Assembly: GCA_029260985.1 (NCBI GenBank)
Contig: JAJDCE010000123.1
Location: 1-44,186, forward strand
Source: Patescibacteria group bacterium
GTDB taxonomy: Bacteria > Patescibacteriota > Gracilibacteria > UM-FILTER-43-11
Direction of reading: 5' to 3'
DNA length: 44,186 nucleotides
In this document: positions 1-5,600 of the stretch, piece after piece
Numbering within the stretch: the first letter of the stretch is position 1
Layout of the letters: each line of letters starts with the position of its first letter
The notes under the pieces: model-generated
Seen by the model: the letters and a program-made list of their open reading frames with translations, nothing else
The model's database searches: none
What the model was told of the DNA's origin: nothing
Made by a program: the position numbers and the translations under genes

Positions 1-59
1 GCAAGACTTAAAATCTTGTTCCTTCGGGAGTGTGGGTTCGATTCCCACCCGCGGCACCA
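1..59 (+). tRNA. tRNA-Leu(UAA), 3' portion; the 5' end lies upstream of the window
   Basis: Anticodon arm CAAGA-CTTAAAA-TCTTG (2-18, anticodon TAA at 9-11). Long variable arm. T-arm GTGGG-TTCGATT-CCCAC (32-48). Acceptor 3' strand plus encoded CCA ending at 59. Confidence 0.85.
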
Positions 60-67
60 GCTCACCA

Positions 68-192
68 AGTGTGGGTTCGCATGAGCAAAGGAGCGACTGC
101 CGACAGGCAGAAAAGCGACTATTGCGAAGCTCGACCTCGGATCCTGATGAAATCGGGAGAGAATGCGAGAATTGACCACCCGCGGCACCAGC
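68..192 (+). repeat. Partial duplicate of the tRNA-Leu T-arm and 3' end, split by a ~96-nt insert
   Basis: AGTGTGGGTTCG (29-40) recurs at 68-79. CCACCCGCGGCACCAGC (45-61) recurs at 176-192. The insert sits exactly at the T-loop position and contains hairpins CTGCC-GACA-GGCAG (97-110) and TCCTGAT-GAA-ATCGGGA (142-158). Confidence 0.7.
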
Positions 193-253
193 CTTCGCCA
201 AGGCTACGGCTGGCTTCGTCGGTGAAAATCTCACCTTTAACATAACGATTATT

Positions 254-733
254 ATGGAAAATACTCTCAAAAAGAAAGCTAAGGACTTCATGACCACGAA
301 TGTGATTGCGGTCAAAGAAAATGAGTCCATAAAACATCTCTTTAAAATTATGGACGAAGGTGCTATCCTGGGCGTCCCCGTTGTGGATGATAAGAATCAT
401 GTGATCGGGATGGTGACAGAATCAGATCTGATTGAACATTTCACTACTCTTAAAGCCCCACGCTCAATCAACTTGCTAGGGGGGATCGTTTACCTCGACA
501 ATATTGCTGAGTTTAACGAGAAGCTGAAAGATCACTGCGCAGAAACCGTAAAAGATATTATGTTCGAATCTGCACTTACTGTGACGGAAAACGCAACACT
601 GCTAGAGGTAATCAACCTGATGTCAGAAAAGAAGGTGTCTCGTCTCCCAGTAGTCAGCAAAAAGGATGAATTGGTGGGCATCATCACCCGCTCAGACATC
701 GTTCATCAGCTCGCCAAAGTCAAACAAGTTTAA
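254..733 (+). CDS. CBS domain-pair protein
   Basis: 159-aa ORF with an ATG start. Two CBS-like repeats (MTTNVIAVKENESI...GVPVVDDKNHVIGMVTESDL and IMFESALTVTENATLLEV...SRLPVVSKKDELVGIITRSDI). Confidence 0.8.
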   Translation: MENTLKKKAKDFMTTNVIAVKENESIKHLFKIMDEGAILGVPVVDDKNHVIGMVTESDLIEHFTTLKAPRSINLLGGIVYLDNIAEFNEKLKDHCAETVKDIMFESALTVTENATLLEVINLMSEKKVSRLPVVSKKDELVGIITRSDIVHQLAKVKQV

Positions 734-754
734 CTAATAATTTTCTTAAAGATC

Positions 755-1444
755 ATGGATAAAATTACACTAGATGTTACCGAAGGAGTTTACTCCACTG
801 CCAAAGAAGCCAGGCAAGCCGGTCGTATTCCTATGGCGTACTACGGTAAAGGTCAGGAAAACCGAGGTTTTTCGGTTGATTATCAAGATTTCCGACGCGC
901 TTACGAAAAAGGAGGTCGAAGCACAATTATGTATTTCAAAAGCGAAAAAGGAGGTGAATTCCCTGTTTTGGTACAGGATATTCAATACGCTCCAGTCACT
1001 GATGAAATGGCACATGTGGACGTGATGGCAGTTGATCTAAAGAATACAATCAAGACTCAAATTCCTCTAGTGCTTGTTGGAGTAATTCCTGCAGTTAAAG
1101 ATCTAGGTGGTAATTTGATTCAGAATAAAGACACTATCGAAGTTGAATGTCTTCCAAACGACCTAGTCACTAACATTGAGGTGGACGCCACTGGCTTAGT
1201 CGACTTCAACGCTTCCATCACAGTGGGAGATATTAAAGTGCCTGACACCATTAAGATTCTGGACGCTGAAGATATCAACGTAGCCACCGTTTCTGCTCCA
1301 CGCGCTGTGGTTGAGGAAGAAGAAGGTGCTGCTGAAGGTGAAGAAGGTGCTGAAGGTGAAGAAGGTGCTGAAGGTGCTGAAGGTGAAGAGGGTGAAAAGA
1401 AGAATGAAGGTGGCGAGAAGAAAGAAGAAGGGGGTGAAAAGTAA
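755..1444 (+). CDS. rplY: Ribosomal protein L25/Ctc with an acidic Glu/Gly-rich C-terminal tail
   Basis: 229 aa. N-terminal L25/general-stress-protein Ctc pattern (R..GRIPMAYYGKG, two beta-barrel domains). The tail EEEEGAAEGEEGAEGEEG... is encoded by an 18-nt tandem repeat (1331-1366). Confidence 0.8.
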   Translation: MDKITLDVTEGVYSTAKEARQAGRIPMAYYGKGQENRGFSVDYQDFRRAYEKGGRSTIMYFKSEKGGEFPVLVQDIQYAPVTDEMAHVDVMAVDLKNTIKTQIPLVLVGVIPAVKDLGGNLIQNKDTIEVECLPNDLVTNIEVDATGLVDFNASITVGDIKVPDTIKILDAEDINVATVSAPRAVVEEEEGAAEGEEGAEGEEGAEGAEGEEGEKKNEGGEKKEEGGEK

Positions 1445-1497
1445 TCACCTGACCACCAAATAATGCCTGATAAACAGGCGCGAGCCTTTGTCACACT

Positions 1498-2655
1498 ATG
1501 CCAAAACAAGACTTTATTCACCATCTTCGAGCGAGGATATCGCGCTTGCTGAATAAAAAGGTTCGCTTTGAGCTATGGTTCATCGTCGCTCTGATCTTCA
1601 CGGTTATTGTGGTATTTGTTTTAATTGAATGGATTTTTCTGTCGCTGACCACCTCAGTCCAGAAGCAACAGTACAATGTCGATCTATTAGATGAACGTTC
1701 AATCTACAACAGCTTTGAGCACAAGCTCAAGGATGATTTTAAACTGTTGTTCCGAGCCCAGCCCTCACTTCTGAATGGAGCCTCCATTGAGCAGAATGTT
1801 GCCAAAGGACAAGCCATGGCAGTGATAGTCGAAAACTACACACCTATTCGCCATATGCAGAAAGGTTTAGAGGGGGCAGCCATTGTTTACGAAGCTCCCG
1901 CAGAAGGGGGAATTACCCGATTTTTAGCCGTATACGATGGTGCACCCGTTGGAACCATTGGTCCAGTTCGTAGTGCCCGACCCTACTTCATCTCGTGGGC
2001 ATCAGAACTCAGAGCTGGCTACGTTCACATCGGTGGCAGTCCTGCGGCGCTTGAAAACCTAAAGAGTAATTTTCGAGTGTTTAATATCGACGAATTCTCG
2101 GACAGTAAAACCATCTGGAGGAATTACGATTATCTCGCCCCACACAATGCCTTCACATCCACCAACAACATCTTAAAGCGTTTGAATAAAGAAAAATATC
2201 GTCACCCCATTTCCGGCAAACGATTCCCTTTTAAGGAGGCTGACCCAGTGTCTGGTGATATCGAAAACATTTCTATCGATTTCTCTATCAATCCATATAA
2301 GGTCAAATACGTTTACGACTCAAAAACCAAAACTTATGATCGCTATAATGGGGGCAAACGTCATTTCGAAATCAGCCCAGCCAACATCATAGTACAATTT
2401 GTCGAAACCAAAGTGCTAGACGCTGTCGGACGCCTCTACGTTCAAACTCACGGAACTGGGAAGGCACTGGTTTTTCGCGACGGAAAAGTGATTGAGGGCA
2501 CTTGGGAAAAAGATGCCTCAATCAATAGCGATGATCAGGATATGAGCCAAAGCTGGACGAAGTATTTTGATAAAGAAGGAAAAGAAATTGAGCTTAATAA
2601 GGGGCAAATATGGATAGAGGTCGTACCAGAAGATAGGCCGGTGAATTATTTCTAA
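1498..2655 (+). CDS. DUF3048 (YerB-like) domain protein with an N-terminal membrane anchor
   Basis: 385 aa with a TM helix at residues ~25-50. Core segment AVIVENYTPIRHMQKGLEGAAIVYEAPAEGGITRFLAVYDG is typical of DUF3048. Confidence 0.7.
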   Translation: MPKQDFIHHLRARISRLLNKKVRFELWFIVALIFTVIVVFVLIEWIFLSLTTSVQKQQYNVDLLDERSIYNSFEHKLKDDFKLLFRAQPSLLNGASIEQNVAKGQAMAVIVENYTPIRHMQKGLEGAAIVYEAPAEGGITRFLAVYDGAPVGTIGPVRSARPYFISWASELRAGYVHIGGSPAALENLKSNFRVFNIDEFSDSKTIWRNYDYLAPHNAFTSTNNILKRLNKEKYRHPISGKRFPFKEADPVSGDIENISIDFSINPYKVKYVYDSKTKTYDRYNGGKRHFEISPANIIVQFVETKVLDAVGRLYVQTHGTGKALVFRDGKVIEGTWEKDASINSDDQDMSQSWTKYFDKEGKEIELNKGQIWIEVVPEDRPVNYF

Positions 2656-2660
2656 AGCTT

Positions 2661-3746
2661 ATGAACCTATCTGAATTCGACTACCATTTACCAAAAGAGC
2701 TGATCGCTCAGACCCCACTTGAGGAGCGTGATCACTCTAAATTAATGGTGTTGAATCGAAATAACGAAACCATCAAGCACCACTCATTTTTCGACTTACC
2801 AGACCTCCTAGACCCTGACTCTGTATTGGTTTTTAACGAATCCCGGGTAATTCCTGCGCGCATTAAATTTAAATTGGGGAACGGTAATGCTGAAGTTTTA
2901 CTGATCAAACCAATCCATGATGATGTTTGGGAGTGTATGGTTCGTCCAGGGCAAAAATTTCAACCCAAAGCTGATATGCAGATCGATCCTAATTGTTCTC
3001 TGCACATCAAAAATATTACGCCACATGGGCTTCGGACGATCCAGTTTAAGTGCAATAATTTCAACGAATGGCTGAAGGTAAATGGCAAAACTCCAACCCC
3101 ACCCTATATAAAAGATTATGAAGGCGATCCCGAACGTTACCAAACGGTTTACGCCAAAACAGAAGGATCTGTCGCAGCACCCACAGCAGGTTTCCATTTC
3201 ACCGATCAGGTCTTTGAGCGCTTAAAGGCAAAAGGGATTCAAACTGAATTTGCCACCTTACACGTAGGCCTTGGCACCTTTCAATCGGTCAAAACAGACA
3301 ACATCAAAGATCACCAGATGCATAGCGAATGGTTTAGCCTGTCCGATGAGGTCGCCAATCGTCTAAACAAAGCCAAGCAGGAAGGTAAAAAAATTGTAGC
3401 TGTGGGTACTACAGCCGTCCGTGTGCTCGAATCCTGCAGCGCTGAAGATGGCGCACTAAAGCCTCAATCGGGTGAAACCAATATCTTTATTTACCCAGGA
3501 TACAAATGGAAGTTTGTCGATCAATTGATCACCAATTTTCATGTGCCAAAAAGCACACTTCTCATGTTGGTAAGTTCGCTTGCATCCCCTGTGTCATCTT
3601 CGGGTTCAACCCGGAGATCTATAGATTCCCGATCGGGGTCGGGAATGACAATGGAGGGAAGGGACTTCATCCTGAAGGCTTATGAGGAAGCCAAAAAAGA
3701 AGGCTATCGCTTCTTTAGTTTCGGTGATTCCATGCTCATCCAATAA
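2661..3746 (+). CDS. queA: S-adenosylmethionine:tRNA ribosyltransferase-isomerase (QueA), with a ~23-aa in-frame insert near the C-terminus
   Basis: 361 aa. N-terminal FDYHLPKELIAQTPLEERDHSKLMVL, mid AAPTAGFHFT, C-terminal NFHVPKSTLLMLVS...YRFFSFGDSMLI. An extra segment SPVSSSGSTRRSIDSRSGSGMTM lies between LVSSLA and the final helix. Confidence 0.9.
   Translation: MNLSEFDYHLPKELIAQTPLEERDHSKLMVLNRNNETIKHHSFFDLPDLLDPDSVLVFNESRVIPARIKFKLGNGNAEVLLIKPIHDDVWECMVRPGQKFQPKADMQIDPNCSLHIKNITPHGLRTIQFKCNNFNEWLKVNGKTPTPPYIKDYEGDPERYQTVYAKTEGSVAAPTAGFHFTDQVFERLKAKGIQTEFATLHVGLGTFQSVKTDNIKDHQMHSEWFSLSDEVANRLNKAKQEGKKIVAVGTTAVRVLESCSAEDGALKPQSGETNIFIYPGYKWKFVDQLITNFHVPKSTLLMLVSSLASPVSSSGSTRRSIDSRSGSGMTMEGRDFILKAYEEAKKEGYRFFSFGDSMLIQ
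3598..3645. repeat. Palindromic/hairpin-rich element embedded in frame in queA
   Basis: Hairpin CTTCGGG-TTCAA-CCCGGAG (3598-3616), 10-bp palindrome ATCTATAGAT (3617-3626), hairpin TTCCCGA-TCGGGG-TCGGGAA (3626-3645). Locally GC-rich relative to the rest of the gene. Confidence 0.7.
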
Positions 3747-3932
3747 TTACCGAGCTGATTCAGGACTTCCTTGGCAAAAGTTCGCTTCATCCATCATTGT
3801 TAAAAGAGCGCTTAATTGGTCTCTATCATCTGCAGCCACTTCATTTATTGAAAGACCGAGAGACCGAACACCTGCAGGGTTGTTATGGTCAAGATCAGCA
3901 AGGGGATCTAAATCTCTTTCTGGATTATTCAT
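3747..3932 (-). CDS. Small hypothetical protein (61 aa)
   Basis: ATG-initiated ORF convergent with queA. A TTGACA-17-TTTAAT promoter-like signal lies upstream on the minus strand. No recognisable family. Confidence 0.3.
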   Translation of the reverse strand: MNNPERDLDPLADLDHNNPAGVRSLGLSINEVAADDRDQLSALLTMMDEANFCQGSPESAR

Positions 3933-3970
3933 ATTAGTGGGGGCTAATTTATAAAGGGCTTCTTGCCTGC

Positions 3971-3999
3971 ATTAAATCAACCTATTGAATGATTGTCAA
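3971..3999 (-). promoter_or_regulatory. Putative sigma70-type promoter (TTGACA-17 nt-TTTAAT) for the 61-aa ORF
   Basis: On the minus strand, TTGACA is at 3999-3994 and TTTAAT at 3976-3971. Confidence 0.3.
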
Positions 4000-4083
4000 A
4001 TTAAAATATAATCTTAAAAAAGTATACTCTGAATTGAGGGGTGATAGTTACACTTAAGCTTCTGAGCTCAAGCCCAATATTGG

Positions 4084-4749
4084 TTAAACAATCCTGATCT
4101 TTTTTTCCAACATGCTTATAAATCTTGCAGTCGATTCTTCAATATGCGTAACCAGCGCATTCTCCCCTCTATCTTTGAGTAAGTTGATGATCTGATCAAT
4201 CAAGACATATATCCTATTGGCCTGATCAGGCCTGAAAGCGCTTGGAGGCGGCAAAAGTTCTTTATTGAATATCCCTCTAAGTGCGCCTTCTACAGAGTCG
4301 CGGAAATACGTGGTATCAGCTCCTCCTTTCAGCTCCTCTAATTGTATTAACATCGCTTCACACATTACCGTAAAAGAATGAGGTTGAAGTACTTTATTGC
4401 ATTCTCCCCGTACCTCCTGACTTATTTCTTCTGATGAAACTGGTGTATCTATAAATTCCTGTAAGTCCAGTATGGTGTCTGGTGGACAATTTTTCATATT
4501 GCCCAACAGAGCTATCGTCGTGCGTATTATAGGCTTCAGTCTTTGAGTCAATTCAGGGTTCATATTCTGAAGCCTATGTCTAAAAAGCATAAAATTAGAA
4601 ATTTCACTCCTGATTTCTCCAGACAATAAGTTATAGTCATCAACTTCCTTTAGGTCGGGATTAATATTTTCTTCAAAACAAAACAGCCATTGAATGCCTG
4701 AATATTCAGCCGATGATATACTTCTTTGCGATGCGTCTGGGTTGGGCAT
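4084..4749 (-). CDS. Hypothetical helical protein (221 aa), orphan
   Basis: ATG start, 8 nt after the stop of the upstream ORF. No family motif recognised. Segment KPIIRTTIALLGNM resembles RPIVQRTIVMLGNN in the 42529-43626 product. Confidence 0.65.
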   Translation of the reverse strand: MPNPDASQRSISSAEYSGIQWLFCFEENINPDLKEVDDYNLLSGEIRSEISNFMLFRHRLQNMNPELTQRLKPIIRTTIALLGNMKNCPPDTILDLQEFIDTPVSSEEISQEVRGECNKVLQPHSFTVMCEAMLIQLEELKGGADTTYFRDSVEGALRGIFNKELLPPPSAFRPDQANRIYVLIDQIINLLKDRGENALVTHIEESTARFISMLEKKIRIV

Positions 4750-4757
4750 ATATAGTA

Positions 4758-5132
4758 TTAAATTCGATCTCTGGTTTCTACAGCGAGTTGACTAAGGGTT
4801 TTGGGAGATGTCACCTTCCTCACCATCTCCTTTAATGAAGGGTATTCTACTTCATTATCAGGTCCAGGCAGATCATAATCTAAAGTTTCATCAATCATTT
4901 CAAGAGCGGTACAAACATCCATGAGTAGTTTGTGGTCAAGCCTTGTAACTTCTTCAGGCCTAGAGCTGATCAGTTCAAATAAAAATTGAGTAAAGTCCAG
5001 CAAAACCATATCTGCTCTTTTGGGTATACTTTCAGCTGAATCGGTTTGTAACAATATGGGCATTATTTCAACCAGCTTATTGCTCCAGGCCACAAATTCC
5101 ATAGCTTCTGGTGGGGTTTCATTCAGGCTCAT
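4758..5132 (-). CDS. Hypothetical acidic helical protein (124 aa), orphan
   Basis: ATG start, 1 nt after the stop of the upstream ORF, which suggests translational coupling. No recognised motifs. Confidence 0.65.
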   Translation of the reverse strand: MSLNETPPEAMEFVAWSNKLVEIMPILLQTDSAESIPKRADMVLLDFTQFLFELISSRPEEVTRLDHKLLMDVCTALEMIDETLDYDLPGPDNEVEYPSLKEMVRKVTSPKTLSQLAVETRDRI

Positions 5133-5133
5133 G

Positions 5134-5502
5134 CTAGTCGATTATATCTTTTAAAACATGCTTAATTTCTATCCCTAGATCAGGATCAAACCTTTCAAGC
5201 CTTTTTAGCACCTCCTGAACCAGCTGGATAGCCTCCTCTTGATGCTTAGGTCCAGAGAGTTCAAAAATACGCACAAAAGGGTAACTGATAAAAAGGTCTA
5301 CAAGCCCATCTCTTAAGCCACGTCGGTTATGAATCGAAGTTTCACATCGTTCCAACTCTTCACACAGTTGTTCCAATGAAGTAATAAATTGAGGCCTTCT
5401 TATTCGGTCAGCACATAACCTTCTCACTCTTTCTGAGACTTTTGCTTCAGGGGTGGGGGAAAACTTTGGGTTATCGGATGGTGTATTCATGGCGTTTGAC
5501 AT
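5134..5502 (-). CDS. Hypothetical helical protein (122 aa), orphan
   Basis: ATG start. First of three tightly packed ORFs downstream of the ATP-grasp fusion gene. Confidence 0.65.
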   Translation of the reverse strand: MSNAMNTPSDNPKFSPTPEAKVSERVRRLCADRIRRPQFITSLEQLCEELERCETSIHNRRGLRDGLVDLFISYPFVRIFELSGPKHQEEAIQLVQEVLKRLERFDPDLGIEIKHVLKDIID

Positions 5503-5600
5503 TACACTAATTATTTAGTATTTGTCAATATAATCGAACACATTTAAAATAACAAGGAAGTTCTTCTGAAAGCATTCCAATCCACATAACTAAGCCAAGA

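Noticed and set aside
1-253. Integrated prophage or genomic island at tRNA-Leu
   Set aside because: Only ~115 nt separate the direct repeats, and no integrase or cargo genes are present. At most this is a scar.
30-400. ORFs 30-245 (+) and 119-400 (-)
   Set aside because: They run through the tRNA-Leu 3' end, its duplicated fragments and the CBS gene start. They have no coding features.
1120-1524. 134-aa minus-strand ORF rich in Ser/Pro
   Set aside because: It is the antisense reading of the Glu/Gly repeat tail of L25. It is a low-complexity artefact fully overlapped by a confident gene.
3682-3954. 90-aa plus-strand ORF overlapping the queA 3' end
   Set aside because: It is out of frame with the confident QueA C-terminus (YRFFSFGDSMLI) and has no start context.
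3985-4012. Near-consensus plus-strand promoter TTGAAT-16 nt-TATAAT
   Set aside because: It points into the 3' end of a minus-strand gene with no plus-strand target. The surrounding sequence is AT-rich, so a chance match is likely. It could drive an antisense RNA, but there is no support for that.
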